Of a stretch of DNA of 64,000 bases, positions 36,579 through 47,676 are shown piece after piece; position 1 is the stretch's first letter, and each line of letters begins with the position of its first letter. Under the pieces are notes generated by a model. It saw nothing but the letters and a program-made list of their open reading frames with translations, was not told the origin of the DNA and ran no database searches. The DNA lies in contig OY969116.1 in assembly GCA_963698075.1 (NCBI GenBank), forward strand, positions 734,131-798,130, given 5' to 3'. The position numbers were made by a program, and so were the translations under genes. Origin of the DNA: an uncultured Candidatus Berkelbacteria bacterium (GTDB lineage Bacteria > Patescibacteriota > UBA1384 > UBA12157 > JAENIV01).

Positions 36579-37640
36579 ATGAAGAATTTTCTCATTATTT
36601 TATTCGCTTTAATTATCGGGGGCGGCGGTGGTTATTTTGCCTGGAAATATCTCACCGGTCAGGAAGGCGGTCAGTCAAAGACTCAAGCCGTCACCGCCGC
36701 AAATTATAAGGAGCCGTTTATGTGGGGAATCACCATGCGGCCAACCTCGCTGGGTCGATATATTGATGAACTTTGGCTTAAACAAATTAAATTGCAGGTC
36801 AATTTAGGTGCCAAGTGGGTGCGTCTCGCCTACAGTTTCGATGCTCCGGACCAATTTCAATACAATGATGAGGTTGTAAATTATCTTAAAAAGTATGGTG
36901 CAGAAGTTTATTTAATAATTGAACCTTCTGATAAGTTTGATAAAATCAAAGATCCCTATAAGGATGGTTATGACAACGCTTTACGGATCGTTTCTCATTA
37001 TAAAGGGCAAATTAAATATTATCAGATTATGAATGAAGCCAGCGGCAATGCCATCAAAGATGGCACATATTCAGGTGAAAAGGATTCTGATTATGATCCT
37101 CAAAAATATGAAAGAACGCGCGATTGGATTAAAGGCGCTTTAGCGGGAACCAGAAAGGCAGACCCTTCAGCTTATACGATTATTTCTGCTCAGTGGCTCC
37201 ATTTTGGTTTTTTGGATAAACTCAAAGCCGATAAAATTGACTATGATATTATCGGCTGGGATTGGTTTTCCGACATGGGTTTAATGGGTGATAAGAAACT
37301 TTCCGATGGTACCCTTTTGATTGATAAGCTCAAAAGCTACGATAAACCCTTGATTTTGGCAGAAATAAATTTTCGACCCGAGGGCAAAAATGGTCAAAAG
37401 GGTCAACCCGAAGCCAAACAAGCGGCTTTTATTCAACAAATGGCTGATTGGTCAGTCACTGCCGGTCTCAAAGGTTTTTTTGTCTTGGAGCTTTTGGATA
37501 ATCCTAATTCCGGCAATGGCTATACTGACTATTACGGGATTGTTTCGGCCCAAAAGTCTAAGTCCGGCGTTTGGTCGATTGGTGAGCCCCGCGAAGCCTA
37601 TTCTACTTATCAAGCAATTATCAAAAAATATACTCAATAA
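36579..37640 (+). CDS. Membrane-anchored clan GH-A glycoside hydrolase
   Basis: YQIMNE and LILAEIN motifs; N-terminal TM. Confidence 0.7.
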   Translation: MKNFLIILFALIIGGGGGYFAWKYLTGQEGGQSKTQAVTAANYKEPFMWGITMRPTSLGRYIDELWLKQIKLQVNLGAKWVRLAYSFDAPDQFQYNDEVVNYLKKYGAEVYLIIEPSDKFDKIKDPYKDGYDNALRIVSHYKGQIKYYQIMNEASGNAIKDGTYSGEKDSDYDPQKYERTRDWIKGALAGTRKADPSAYTIISAQWLHFGFLDKLKADKIDYDIIGWDWFSDMGLMGDKKLSDGTLLIDKLKSYDKPLILAEINFRPEGKNGQKGQPEAKQAAFIQQMADWSVTAGLKGFFVLELLDNPNSGNGYTDYYGIVSAQKSKSGVWSIGEPREAYSTYQAIIKKYTQ

Positions 37641-37658
37641 ATATTATCTATTTTGAGC

Positions 37659-38375
37659 ATGCGATTAACGGTCATTATTCCGGCTTTTAATGAAGAAGGG
37701 CGCTTGCCGGAAACTTTAACTAAAGTCCGGAACTATTTGAATCACCAGCCTTATAGCTGGGAGGTTTTGGTAGTTAATGATGGCTCGAAGGATGGGACTG
37801 CCGCAGTGGTGACAGATTTGATTAAAGAATGGAGCGGATTCCGTCTCATCGATAATAAAGAAAACAAAGGTAAGGGTGGCGTGGTCAAGCAGGGGATGAT
37901 GGCGGCGAAAGGCGATTGGCGGCTTTTTATGGACGCCGATAATTCAACTGATATTTCGGAAATTGAAAAATTATGGGCTTATACCAAAGATTATGAAGTT
38001 GTTATCGGCTCCCGTTATTTAAAAGCTGATTCTATCAAAATCAAACAGTCGTTTTTAAGAAGAATGGTTTCGCGAATGGGAAATTGGCTAATTAGGGTGT
38101 TATTGGGATTAGATATCGTTGACACGCAGTGCGGTTTTAAGCTCTTTTCCGCTAAAGCCGCCGAGGAGATTTTCTCCAAACAAACTATCATGCGCTGGGG
38201 ATTTGATATGGAAATTTTGGCGATTGCCGTAAAGCACGGCTACGAAATCAAAGAAGTCGCGGTTGACTGGTATGATGCCGAAGGTTCTCAAGTCAAAAAA
38301 TCCGCGGCATTAAAAACTTTAAAAGAACTCTTGATTATTAAGTGGAATCTAATTCGGGGAAAGTACTCCAAGTGA
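37659..38375 (+). CDS. Polyprenol-phosphate glycosyltransferase (GT2, Alg5-like)
   Basis: IPAFNEE, DGSKD, NKGKG, MDADNST and DTQCGFKLF motifs. Confidence 0.9.
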   Translation: MRLTVIIPAFNEEGRLPETLTKVRNYLNHQPYSWEVLVVNDGSKDGTAAVVTDLIKEWSGFRLIDNKENKGKGGVVKQGMMAAKGDWRLFMDADNSTDISEIEKLWAYTKDYEVVIGSRYLKADSIKIKQSFLRRMVSRMGNWLIRVLLGLDIVDTQCGFKLFSAKAAEEIFSKQTIMRWGFDMEILAIAVKHGYEIKEVAVDWYDAEGSQVKKSAALKTLKELLIIKWNLIRGKYSK

Positions 38376-38473
38376 ATAAAAAGTAATTTCGTTCTATCAA
38401 TTTTCTTGACCGAAATTATATTATAGTGTACTATTAGTGGCTGATTCCAGTACGCGAAGAAAGGAAGCCGAGC

Positions 38474-38974
38474 ATGAGCAATTCGACTGCAGCACCCGAA
38501 GTGACGCAGGAGGCGGCCGGCCATTTCGGCATCGGAACGAAACATCCTGGTGGCGACATGACGCTCTTGATGATACCAGCCGTCCCGGAGCAGTTCGATC
38601 TGGATTCTCTGAACGCACGGATCGACCCCAATGGTTATCTTGTCATCGACGCCGAGCGAGGTGAGTCGAAACTTCACTTGGTTCTACCGGCTGATGAGAC
38701 GAAGATGACGGAAGTGACAATGTTCACACCGCAGCCCGAGACCGAGTTACAGTGGGTTCTCCACGCGAGGTGGAGCGGTGAACATTTCACCTTCGTGCTC
38801 AACCCAAACTTCATGAAGCTGTGCCAGCCTGGCTTGGCGCTCTACGTGCTCACCGAGCATTTGGCCAAGTGCTTGACCAAAGCCATGATCGACGACATCG
38901 CCAGATTCTGTACCAGCAGGTCTGGCTACTACGCAGACTTCGGTCGGCTTATTTCAGAGCTGTCGGCGCGGTGA
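38474..38974 (+). CDS. GC-rich orphan hypothetical protein
   Basis: 166 aa, SD AAGGA, own downstream terminator. Confidence 0.7.
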   Translation: MSNSTAAPEVTQEAAGHFGIGTKHPGGDMTLLMIPAVPEQFDLDSLNARIDPNGYLVIDAERGESKLHLVLPADETKMTEVTMFTPQPETELQWVLHARWSGEHFTFVLNPNFMKLCQPGLALYVLTEHLAKCLTKAMIDDIARFCTSRSGYYADFGRLISELSAR

Positions 38975-38992
38975 GGAATCGAAGTATGCATT

Positions 38993-39025
38993 GGCGGCGG
39001 AAACGCAGTTTCCGCCGCCTCTTTT
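38993..39025 (+). terminator. Intrinsic terminator
   Basis: GGCGGCGGAAAC gca GTTTCCGCCGCC followed by TCTTTT. Confidence 0.85.
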
Positions 39026-39063
39026 GTTTATTAGGTGCATTTGATTCGGGAAAAATATTCATA

Positions 39064-39090
39064 AACATCGATTAAAAATTAATCGTAGTT
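39064..39090. promoter_or_regulatory. 27-bp 11-5-11 palindrome, copy 3
   Basis: AACATCGATTA-AAAAT-TAATCGTAGTT, upstream of the GtrA-family gene. Confidence 0.7.
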
Positions 39091-39157
39091 GGTAAAAGAC
39101 ACTCTAAGTACAAATTAATCTCTGGTAAAAAGGAATCGTTTCTGGTATATTTGCCCT

Positions 39158-39565
39158 ATGAGAGAGCTTATCCACCGTCGCGGAGTGCGGCAGTTTGTTA
39201 AATTTGGCATTGTCGGGGCGTCGTCGACCATAATTGATTGGGGAATCTATTTATTATTAACGCGAATTTTCGGGCTCTTCTATCTTATGGCTAAAATCCT
39301 CTCATTTGGAGTGGCGGTTTTGAATTCTTACATCTGGAATCGGCGTTGGACCTTTCGTTCTAATGATCCTCGTAAACTCAAGCAATTTATCAAATTTTTG
39401 ACTATTTCGATGGTTGGTTTAGTTTTGAATTCAACCATCATGTTTATCGCTGTTAGTAAAATTAAGCTACATGATATTTATGGTCTTGTTTTGGCTACCG
39501 CGATAGTTTTAATATGGAATTTTTTGGCGAATAAATATTATACCTTCAAGGAGTCGCAGGCATGA
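39158..39565 (+). CDS. GtrA-family membrane protein
   Basis: QFVKFGIVG, NRRWTF and WNF..NK.YTF motifs. Confidence 0.9.
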   Translation: MRELIHRRGVRQFVKFGIVGASSTIIDWGIYLLLTRIFGLFYLMAKILSFGVAVLNSYIWNRRWTFRSNDPRKLKQFIKFLTISMVGLVLNSTIMFIAVSKIKLHDIYGLVLATAIVLIWNFLANKYYTFKESQA

Positions 39566-40692
39566 GGATCGGCATAGACGCAAGAATGTTTCGTTCAAGC
39601 ACGGCCGGCATTGGCAGATATTCTCAGAATTTAATCAAAAAACTATTAGAGATTGATCATAAAAATCAATATGTTTTATTTATGACACCGGCCGATTATG
39701 AAGAGTTCAAAAATCAAAAATCAAAAATCAAAATGACAAATCAAAATGTAAAAATTAAAGTCACAAATATACCGCATTATAGCATCGCGGAGCAGACAAA
39801 ATTAGCGAATATTATCGCCAAAGAAAAATGTGATCTTGTCCACTTTCTTAATTTTAATTATCCGGTGAAATATCGCGGCAAGTTTATGGTGACAATTCAT
39901 GATTTGACGTTGCTTTTTTATCCGGAGGCAGCCAACAAAACCAACTTGACCAAAAAGTGGGCTTTCAAATATGTTTTTGCTAAGGCCTGCCGAAATTCAA
40001 GCCGGATTATCGCGGTGAGCGAAAACACGAAAAATGATATCGTCAAGACATTTCATATCGCGCCGGAAAAAATCAAGGTTATCCACGAAGCGGCAGATGA
40101 TAAATTACATAAGGACATAAAAACCGAAGACATAAGAACTTTAAAACAAAAATACAATATTAAAGGACCAGTTATCCTTTATGTTGGACAATTTCGTAAG
40201 CATAAAAACATCGAGGGATTGCTTAAAGCGTATGAAATTATTAAAAAGAAGTTGTCAGTTAGATTAGTTTTGGTGGGAAAAGTCACCGAAGAAATTAAAA
40301 ATTACATTGACAGCAAACCTGAAATAAGAGATACTTTAATGCCAGGCTTTGTTTCGGACGCTGAATTAGCCGCTTGGTATAAACTGGCGTCAGTTTTTGT
40401 TTTCCCTTCATTATATGAAGGTTTTGGTCTGCCGGGATTGGAGGCAATGATTGCCGGCGTGCCGGTTGTTTCATCGAAGGGGGCATCTTTACCCGAGATT
40501 TATCAAGACGCCGCTTTATATTTTGACCCCTTAAAACCGAAAGAGATTGCTGATAAAATAAAAACAGTGATAAGTGATAAAGTGATTAGTGATCAGTTGA
40601 TAGAAAAAGGCAAAATCCAGGCGAAGAAATATTCTTGGTCTAAAACTGCCGAAGAAACATTGAAAATATACCAAAAATTACGGGAGGAATAA
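39562..40692 (+). CDS. Glycosyltransferase family 4
   Basis: [16 protein letters not shown] motif. Confidence 0.95.
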   Translation: MRIGIDARMFRSSTAGIGRYSQNLIKKLLEIDHKNQYVLFMTPADYEEFKNQKSKIKMTNQNVKIKVTNIPHYSIAEQTKLANIIAKEKCDLVHFLNFNYPVKYRGKFMVTIHDLTLLFYPEAANKTNLTKKWAFKYVFAKACRNSSRIIAVSENTKNDIVKTFHIAPEKIKVIHEAADDKLHKDIKTEDIRTLKQKYNIKGPVILYVGQFRKHKNIEGLLKAYEIIKKKLSVRLVLVGKVTEEIKNYIDSKPEIRDTLMPGFVSDAELAAWYKLASVFVFPSLYEGFGLPGLEAMIAGVPVVSSKGASLPEIYQDAALYFDPLKPKEIADKIKTVISDKVISDQLIEKGKIQAKKYSWSKTAEETLKIYQKLREE

Positions 40693-42683
40693 TGTCTATT
40701 GACAACCTGGCTTTTTTCATTGCTCTTGGCTCAGCTGGCTTAGGGATCATTTACGGTCTTATTTTAATCTGGCAAGTCCTCAAAGCTGACCCTGGCTCGG
40801 CCAAAATGCAGGAAATCGCCACGGCCATCCAGCAAGGCGCCAAGGCCTATTTAAATCGCCAGTATAAAACTGTGGCAATTATTGCGGTGATTTTGGCAAT
40901 AATTTTATGGCTGGCGCTGGGACCGAAAACAGCTATTGGTTTTTTAATCGGGGCGATTTTTTCGGCTTTAGCCGGCTACATTGGCATGAACGTTGCGGTC
41001 CGCGCCAATGTCCGGACGGCTCAAGCCGCATCGAGGGGGTTAAAACCGGCGTTGACGCTGGCTTTTCGGGGCGGCGCGGTGACCGGTTTATTGGTGGTGG
41101 GTTTGGGTCTTTTGGGCGTGGCCGGATATTATATGATTACCAAAGACATTTCCGCTTTAATCGGCCTAGGATTTGGGGGCTCGCTGATTTCGATTTTTGC
41201 CCGTTTAGGCGGTGGAATTTATACCAAAGCGGCTGATGTTGGCGCGGATTTAGTCGGTAAAGTTGAAGCTGGTATTCCTGAAGATGATCCGCGGAACCCT
41301 GCTGTTATTGCCGACAACGTCGGCGATAATGTCGGCGACTGCGCCGGCATGGCCGCGGATTTATTTGAAACTTATGCGGTGACAGCGATTGCGGTGATGC
41401 TTTTGGGCTCATTGACTTTTACTTCCGATAATGCCATTTTATTTCCCTTGGCGCTCGGCGGGATCGCCATCATCGCTTCAATTTTGGGAACATTTTTTGT
41501 CCGATTAAGTGGTCAGAATATTATGAACGCGCTTTATAAAGGACTGGCTGCGAGTGCGATTTTGGCGGCCATTGGCTTTTATTTCGCCACTCGCTATTTC
41601 ATGACTGGAATAACCGATATCAATAATCTTTATTTTACCAGTTTGATCGGCATTGCGGTGACGATGCTGATGGTGATTATTACCGAATATTACACTTCGA
41701 CCAAATACAAACCAGTCAAAACGATCGCCCAGGCCTCAACCACTGGCCATGGGACAAATATCATTGCCGGCTTAGCCACTTCGATGAAAGCGACCGCTTG
41801 GCCGATTTTGGTGATTTCAGCCGGCATTTTAGCCGCTTATCATTTTGCTGGTTTGTATGGCATTGCCGTCGCTGCTTTTTCGATGCTTTCCATGACCGGG
41901 ATTATTGTTGCTATTGATTCCTATGGCCCAATTACTGATAACGCCGGCGGGATTGCCGAAATGGCAGATTTGCCGGAATCAGTTCGTAAAGTGACCGATC
42001 CATTGGATGCGGTCGGCAATACCACCAAAGCAGTTACTAAGGGTTATGCGATTGCCTCAGCCGGCCTGGCGGCTTTGGTTTTGTTTGCGGCATATATCCA
42101 AGAACTTACCGTGGCGCATGGCCAGTTGCTATTCGAACTTTCCAATCCTCGCTTGCTCGTTGGCTTGTTTATAGGCGGTCTCCTACCATATTTGTTTGGC
42201 GCCTTATCGATGGAAGCTGTGGGCCGAGCCGCCGGCGCGGTAGTCATTGAAGTCCGTCGACAGTTTAAAGAAATCAAGGGTTTAATGGAAGGCAAAGCCA
42301 AACCGGATTATTCCAAAGCCGTAGATATTGTGACGCGCGGGGCTTTAAAACAGATGATTGTGCCGGCTTTAATCCCAGTTTTAATGCCGATTATTGTTGG
42401 ATTTATTTTAGGCCCAATTGCCTTGGGAGGGATGCTTGTTGGCTCAATCGTCACCGGTCTTTTTGTCGCCATTTCGATGACCACCGGTGGGGCCGCTTGG
42501 GATAATGCCAAAAAATATATTGAGGAAGGCAATTTAGGCGGTAAGGGGAGTCCGGCCCATCAAGCCGCAGTGACTGGCGATACGGTCGGCGATCCCTACA
42601 AAGACACCGCCGGGCCAGCGATCAATCCCATGATTAAAATCTTAAATATCGTAGCGCTGTTGATAGTTAAGTTTTTAAGATGA
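40692..42683 (+). CDS. hppA: Membrane-integral pyrophosphatase, probably K+-independent H+-PPase
   Basis: [26 protein letters not shown] and [10 protein letters not shown] motifs. Confidence 0.95.
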   Translation: MSIDNLAFFIALGSAGLGIIYGLILIWQVLKADPGSAKMQEIATAIQQGAKAYLNRQYKTVAIIAVILAIILWLALGPKTAIGFLIGAIFSALAGYIGMNVAVRANVRTAQAASRGLKPALTLAFRGGAVTGLLVVGLGLLGVAGYYMITKDISALIGLGFGGSLISIFARLGGGIYTKAADVGADLVGKVEAGIPEDDPRNPAVIADNVGDNVGDCAGMAADLFETYAVTAIAVMLLGSLTFTSDNAILFPLALGGIAIIASILGTFFVRLSGQNIMNALYKGLAASAILAAIGFYFATRYFMTGITDINNLYFTSLIGIAVTMLMVIITEYYTSTKYKPVKTIAQASTTGHGTNIIAGLATSMKATAWPILVISAGILAAYHFAGLYGIAVAAFSMLSMTGIIVAIDSYGPITDNAGGIAEMADLPESVRKVTDPLDAVGNTTKAVTKGYAIASAGLAALVLFAAYIQELTVAHGQLLFELSNPRLLVGLFIGGLLPYLFGALSMEAVGRAAGAVVIEVRRQFKEIKGLMEGKAKPDYSKAVDIVTRGALKQMIVPALIPVLMPIIVGFILGPIALGGMLVGSIVTGLFVAISMTTGGAAWDNAKKYIEEGNLGGKGSPAHQAAVTGDTVGDPYKDTAGPAINPMIKILNIVALLIVKFLR

Positions 42684-42684
42684 T

Positions 42685-42921
42685 ATGACCATAAAAGGTC
42701 TTGAAGTAAAAGTTATTGCCAAAAAGGGGAAATTAGCCGAAATTGAAATTGAGGGTCCCGAAGGGGCAAGTCAAAAAATCAGCGTCCCACAAGATTTTTT
42801 ACCGGCCAATTTTGAAGTCGGTCAAATTTTTAGCCTTTATTTTATGAATTCCCAAGAAGGCACCTTGCAAGAGAAAAAATTAGCTAAAGCCATTTTGGAA
42901 GAGATTTTAAATGGCAAATAA
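42685..42921 (+). CDS. Small hypothetical protein
   Basis: 78 aa, tightly packed between hppA and the VanW-family gene. Confidence 0.65.
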   Translation: MTIKGLEVKVIAKKGKLAEIEIEGPEGASQKISVPQDFLPANFEVGQIFSLYFMNSQEGTLQEKKLAKAILEEILNGK

Positions 42922-44872
42922 TTTTTACAAAAAATTTAACTTAAAAAAAATTGGCAAAATTTTGCGCCAATTTGGGCGAAGTAAATTTATCCATCGAGCC
43001 CTAATCGCCTCGGGCTTAATTGTAGTTTTTGTTGCCATTCTTTTTACTGTCTTTAACTTAATTTATAATCATCGAATCCTGCCCCACACTTACATCGGTC
43101 AGACAAATTTCGGTGGACAAAGAAGAGAAGCGGCGCTTGGTATACTCGAGGAACTCGAAAATCAAAGCGAGAATGGCCGCCTTAACTTTAACTGGAACGA
43201 TAAAGATTATGTCTTAACGAGAAATGATCTTGAAGTTGATTGGCAAGTCAGGAATCAAGAAACTTTAGATCGCTTATTTGCTGTTGGTCGTTCAGGTTCA
43301 ATCGTCCAAATTCTCAAAGAACAAACCCGCGCCGCCTTTGGTCGAAATCAGGTTTTTGCCGCCTTTTTTTATGCCGAAGAAAAGTTAGCAGATTTTTTAA
43401 AAACGATCGCCGGCGATATTGATAAACCAGAAAAAGATGCCTCAATTGTCATCAAGGATAATAAACCAGAAATAATCCCTGAAGAAATTGGGCAAAAATT
43501 TCCCCTCGATGATAATCAAAGAATTGCCCTTGAGACAATCGGCAGTTTTAATTTTTCCGCAAGAACCCCCTTTCTAGTAATTAAGATCAATCCTAAAGTC
43601 ACCACTTTGGGTGCCCAGGCCGCTTTGGCGCAAACCGAGCTACTTCTTTCCAGGCATTTAATTTTAAAAGCTGGAGATAAAACTTTTCAACTTTATCCCA
43701 AAGATGTTGCCGATTTTATTGGCTTTGTGACCATTTTCGGCAACAAGGGTGTTTTGGGAGAGCAAAGCGAGCAAAAAAACACTGCCCAAGATTTTGTTAT
43801 TCCTTATACTCTTTCGCCTGAACTTTCATCCGATAAAATCGGAGCTTATGTCCAAAAAATCGCCGCCGAAATCGACCAAGAAGCCAAAGATGCCAAATTT
43901 GAAGTCTCGGACGGCCGGGTCCGCGCTTTTCAGATTGCCCAAACCGGTTACGCCCTTGATAAAGAAAAAGCCACCTCCGTTATTATTGAAGCTTTGAAAA
44001 ATGGCGATCCCTCCGTTGAATTGCCCGTTAAGGTGACCGAGCCGGCAATCACGGAAACTGCCAGTCAGGGGATCAAAGATTTAATCGGCGAGGGCCGGAC
44101 ATCTTGGAGAGGGTCGCCCTCAAACCGCATTCACAATCTTACCCTCGGCGCCAATAATATTTCTGGAAATATCGTCATGCCTGGGCAAGAATTTTCCGCC
44201 CTTAAAGCCATTGGTCACGTTGGTCCCTCAACTGGGTTCTTACAGGAATTGGTCATTAAAAACAGCACCCGCGTCGAACCCGAATACGGCGGCGGGCTTT
44301 GTCAGGTTTCAACAACTTTATTTCGGGCGGTTATAAATTCCGGGCTGAAGGTGACTGCCCGAACGCCGCATTCATTCCGAGTTAGTTATTATGAACCGCC
44401 GGTGGGGATGGATGCGACGATTTATGATCCAGCGCCAGATTTTAAGTTTATCAACGATATGAAAACGCCAATTTTAATTTGGGCCATCGCCGGTAATAAT
44501 AGCTTAGTTTTTCAAATCTACGGCACCAAAGATGGCCGGAAAATTGAGATTTCCAATCCCGTAACCTACGATTATGTCTCAGCTGGTGACTCGATATATA
44601 CCGAATCGCCGAGCATGGAAGCCGGGGCGATACGCCAGGTCGAAAGAGCCACCTCCGGCTGTACAGCATCTTTTACTTATCATGTTACCTCGGCCGACGG
44701 AACAGTTTTAGAAAATGAGACCTATGTTAGTAAATATGTTCCAATTCCCAACAGTTATTTGTATGGTCCGGGGACAACGGGGATTCCGGGTCAGGAAACA
44801 CCCCCACCGACGCCTCAAACTTCGCCTACGCCCACGCCAAAGCCTAGCCCCACAAAAACAATTAAAAAATAG
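42911..44872 (+). CDS. VanW-family membrane-anchored protein with peptidoglycan-binding-type repeats
   Basis: NRIHNL, GGGLCQVSTTLF and GMDATI motifs; P/T-rich tail. Confidence 0.9.
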   Translation: MANNFYKKFNLKKIGKILRQFGRSKFIHRALIASGLIVVFVAILFTVFNLIYNHRILPHTYIGQTNFGGQRREAALGILEELENQSENGRLNFNWNDKDYVLTRNDLEVDWQVRNQETLDRLFAVGRSGSIVQILKEQTRAAFGRNQVFAAFFYAEEKLADFLKTIAGDIDKPEKDASIVIKDNKPEIIPEEIGQKFPLDDNQRIALETIGSFNFSARTPFLVIKINPKVTTLGAQAALAQTELLLSRHLILKAGDKTFQLYPKDVADFIGFVTIFGNKGVLGEQSEQKNTAQDFVIPYTLSPELSSDKIGAYVQKIAAEIDQEAKDAKFEVSDGRVRAFQIAQTGYALDKEKATSVIIEALKNGDPSVELPVKVTEPAITETASQGIKDLIGEGRTSWRGSPSNRIHNLTLGANNISGNIVMPGQEFSALKAIGHVGPSTGFLQELVIKNSTRVEPEYGGGLCQVSTTLFRAVINSGLKVTARTPHSFRVSYYEPPVGMDATIYDPAPDFKFINDMKTPILIWAIAGNNSLVFQIYGTKDGRKIEISNPVTYDYVSAGDSIYTESPSMEAGAIRQVERATSGCTASFTYHVTSADGTVLENETYVSKYVPIPNSYLYGPGTTGIPGQETPPPTPQTSPTPTPKPSPTKTIKK

Positions 44873-44940
44873 ATTAATTTAATCATCTACTCGCGGCCTC
44901 GCCAACACTTATCGGGATGAAAATCCCCCTAAGTTCTGGC

Positions 44941-45150
44941 TCAGGGGGAATCGTTGACGGGTTCGATTGCATCTTGGTGAAAGGTGAGGTGAATTTCTTC
45001 GTCTGGATAACCAGGTTCTTTTAGGATCAATCTGACGATCAAATAAGACCCTCTGGAACCAACAATCTCACCTATCCTCCCGTCGGCCCGGATCCTAACC
45101 TTTTGCGGCGACTCATTATCCTCTGGCATTTCCTCTCTCCCAGATGTCAT
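44941..45150 (-). CDS. Small orphan protein, SH3/KOW-like pattern
   Basis: KVRIRADGRIGEIVG; start uncertain. Confidence 0.5.
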   Translation of the reverse strand: MTSGREEMPEDNESPQKVRIRADGRIGEIVGSRGSYLIVRLILKEPGYPDEEIHLTFHQDAIEPVNDSP

Positions 45151-45235
45151 CTCTCTTAGACTAAAAACCTAAATCAAAAAATTGTCAAATTAATTAATCA
45201 TTGTCAAATAGAGTCTTTAAATATAGTATAAAAAT

Positions 45236-46579
45236 ATGGATCCAAAAATTTTCAAAGCCTATGACATTCGCGGCATTTATCCCGAAGAGATTAATGATGA
45301 TTTGGCTTACAGAATCGCCCAAGCTTATGTGCGATTAGTTGAACCGAAGGGCAAAGTCGCCGTCGGTTTTGATGTTCGAGCCTGTTCCAAAAAGATGCAT
45401 AAAAAGGTCATTGAAGGACTAATCAATGCTAGTGTTGAAGTTATTGACATCGGACTTTCCTCGACCGAAGAAATTTATTTTAGCGTCGGTTTTTACCATC
45501 TCGCTGGGGGGATTCACGTGACTGCCTCCCATAACCCCAAAGAATGGGGCGGGATGAAAATGACGCGCGAGCAAGTCATTCCTTTAACTGGTGAGAGCGG
45601 TATTTATGAAATTCGCGATTTGATTATTGCTGGAAAAGACAAAGTTTCCTCTATCAAAAAAGGAAAAGTTGAAAAAAGGAATGTTTTAAAAGACTATGTC
45701 AAATTTTGTCTTGACTTTATTGACGCCAAATCTATTAAACCGATGAAGCTGGTTTTTAATCCCAACTTTGGTTTTCAGGGCGAAGTCTTGAAAAAAGCGG
45801 TTGAAGTCGGCAAATTGCCTTTAAATTTGATTGGTCTCAACGATACTCCGGATGGCACTTTTCCCAAAGGTCGACCAGATCCATTTCGGCCAGAGAATCG
45901 ACCAGAATTTGTTAAGTTAGTAAAATCGTCAAAAGCTGATTTGGGCGTGGCTTGGGATGCGGATGCCGACAGGGTATTCTTTTGTACCGGTTCTGGCGTT
46001 TTTGTCGAACCATATTACATGAACGCTCTATTGATTAAAGCCATGCTGAAAAAATATCCGGCTAGTAAAATTGTCTATGACCCGCGTTATACTTGGGCTT
46101 TGATTGATTCAGCCAATGAAAATGGCGGCCAAGCTGTCATTTCTAAAGTCGGCCATTCCTATATTAAAGAGATTATGCGTAAACAAGACGCCATTTTTTG
46201 CGGTGAATCCAGCGGCCACACCTATTTCAAAAATTTCTGGTATGCCGATTCGGGGATGATTCCTTTAATGATGGTTTTGGAGATGGTTTCCAAAGAGGGG
46301 GATTTAGATAAACTATTAGTGTCGTATTTTGAGAAATATTTCATTTCTGGAGAAAGTAATTATGAGGTTAAAGATCAAAATGCGTTGGTAGCCAAGCTCA
46401 AAGAGAAATATGCGGATGGCCAACAATCAGAAGTTGATGGTTTGTCAGTCGAATATCCTGATTGGCGATTTAATGTTCGTCCTTCAAATACGGAACCGTT
46501 AGTGCGCTTAAATATTGAGGCCAAATCGCAAAAATTGGTTGATGAAAAGGTTAAAGAGTTGGAACATTTGATTAAATAA
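45236..46579 (+). CDS. manB: Phosphomannomutase/phosphoglucomutase
   Basis: FKAYDIRG, TASHNP, DADADR, GESSGH and RPSNTEP motifs. Confidence 0.92.
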   Translation: MDPKIFKAYDIRGIYPEEINDDLAYRIAQAYVRLVEPKGKVAVGFDVRACSKKMHKKVIEGLINASVEVIDIGLSSTEEIYFSVGFYHLAGGIHVTASHNPKEWGGMKMTREQVIPLTGESGIYEIRDLIIAGKDKVSSIKKGKVEKRNVLKDYVKFCLDFIDAKSIKPMKLVFNPNFGFQGEVLKKAVEVGKLPLNLIGLNDTPDGTFPKGRPDPFRPENRPEFVKLVKSSKADLGVAWDADADRVFFCTGSGVFVEPYYMNALLIKAMLKKYPASKIVYDPRYTWALIDSANENGGQAVISKVGHSYIKEIMRKQDAIFCGESSGHTYFKNFWYADSGMIPLMMVLEMVSKEGDLDKLLVSYFEKYFISGESNYEVKDQNALVAKLKEKYADGQQSEVDGLSVEYPDWRFNVRPSNTEPLVRLNIEAKSQKLVDEKVKELEHLIK

Positions 46580-46591
46580 TATTAAGTTCTC

Positions 46592-46627
46592 AAAAAAAAG
46601 AAACGCCACGTCAAGGTTGACGTGGCG
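46592..46627 (-). terminator. Intrinsic terminator
   Basis: CGCCACGTCAA cc TTGACGTGGCG followed by TTTCTTTTTTTT. Confidence 0.8.
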
Positions 46628-46680
46628 GGGGTTGGGTCGATGTGAAATTGCTTCGTTAGTGCTTGTGGCACCGATTCGAT

Positions 46681-46842
46681 CTATCGTCTCTTTCCTCTGC
46701 TCGAGGTTTTTGGACCTTGAACAGGCGTCCAACAGCCTATAGTTCGGGGTTTGCTTTCGAGAACTTGACGAAGATGTCTTCGTTTCTCCAATTCTTCCAA
46801 CTCTGCGCGGTTGATCTCTACGTCAGTGAGTTTCCTTCTCAT
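46681..46842 (-). CDS. Small basic protein (53 aa)
   Basis: Not in track; SD AAAGGAGG, ATGA overlap with the upstream ORF. Confidence 0.5.
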   Translation of the reverse strand: MRRKLTDVEINRAELEELEKRRHLRQVLESKPRTIGCWTPVQGPKTSSRGKRR

Positions 46843-47246
46843 CGTCTTTTACCTCCTTTAACAAGCTGCAGATTGCGTAGTCCGGCTTGGGGGACGAATT
46901 GACCACCGACTCGAGAGCCAAAAAGATAGCGAGGATGTGAAGAACATCTAAGAACCACTCCTTCAGTATCTGCCGGCTCAAGAATGTATCTTTCGTTAGC
47001 TGGTTTTGGTGGATTGTTGTGAAGGATAACCTTGCCAGCAAAAGGCAACCGTGACTCTTCGGTGGCTTCAAGATCCAGACTAACACATCGATGTTTGCCA
47101 CCTGCCTTTGCTTCACAGATGACGTATGACCCGAAGGGATGATTATTGCGCAAGATGGTGACAGGAAACAAAAAAGGGATTTCGAAGTTTCGCCAGCAAT
47201 CAGAATCTCGAAATTGGCCTGTCAGGGTGAATGGGCTTCTTACCAT
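46839..47246 (-). CDS. Orphan hypothetical protein
   Basis: SD AGGAGGTG; promoter TTGACT-17-TATTAT upstream. Confidence 0.6.
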   Translation of the reverse strand: MVRSPFTLTGQFRDSDCWRNFEIPFLFPVTILRNNHPFGSYVICEAKAGGKHRCVSLDLEATEESRLPFAGKVILHNNPPKPANERYILEPADTEGVVLRCSSHPRYLFGSRVGGQFVPQAGLRNLQLVKGGKRR

Positions 47247-47385
47247 CTCTCACCTCCTCAATCTTGTTGAGGTGCGGCTATTCCAACAAGCCCATGGCTT
47301 GATGAGATCATAATATCCTGTTCGGTTTTTCCAGTCAAGAGGGATTTGATAAACCGCCCCGGTAGAGGCGGTCAGTTCGATGGTT

Positions 47386-47493
47386 CTAACCGAGTCTGTT
47401 TCTATTCTCCCAGAATCTGACGAATCTCCAAATGATGTAGAAAGTAATAGCGGCGAAAAGGCAAGCAATAATGGCTGCTGGTAAACGGGGCAT
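47386..47493 (-). CDS. 35-aa single-TM peptide
   Basis: MPRLPAAIIACLFAAITFYIIWRFVRFWENRNRLG; starts right after the upstream stop, SD GAGG, followed by a hairpin. Confidence 0.55.
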   Translation of the reverse strand: MPRLPAAIIACLFAAITFYIIWRFVRFWENRNRLG

Positions 47494-47625
47494 TTATATA
47501 ACCTCGTCAGGATTCTGGCCATAATAGTCCGACCAATTCCAAATGATGTGCCAGATCAGCAAAAGAAAACCGGCGATTGGGATACTCAGGAGTAAGACTT
47601 TCAGAATAATGAGTTCTCTGCCCAT
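47494..47625 (-). CDS. 43-aa single-TM peptide
   Basis: MGRELIILKVLLLSIPIAGFLLLIWHIIWNW...; SD GGAGGA. Confidence 0.6.
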   Translation of the reverse strand: MGRELIILKVLLLSIPIAGFLLLIWHIIWNWSDYYGQNPDEVI

Positions 47626-47676
47626 CGCTTTCCTCCCTCTGGTGGTGGTGCGTCCCCCCTGTTAGTATCGAACTTC

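Noticed and set aside
44867-44888. Sixth copy of the 27-bp palindrome (ATAGATTAATTTAATCAT)
   Set aside because: Shorter spacer and missing outer arms; could arise by chance in AT-rich DNA.
47250-47522. 90-aa ORF from the track
   Set aside because: Spans a terminator-like hairpin and a promoter, and overlaps two better-supported small ORFs with SD sites.
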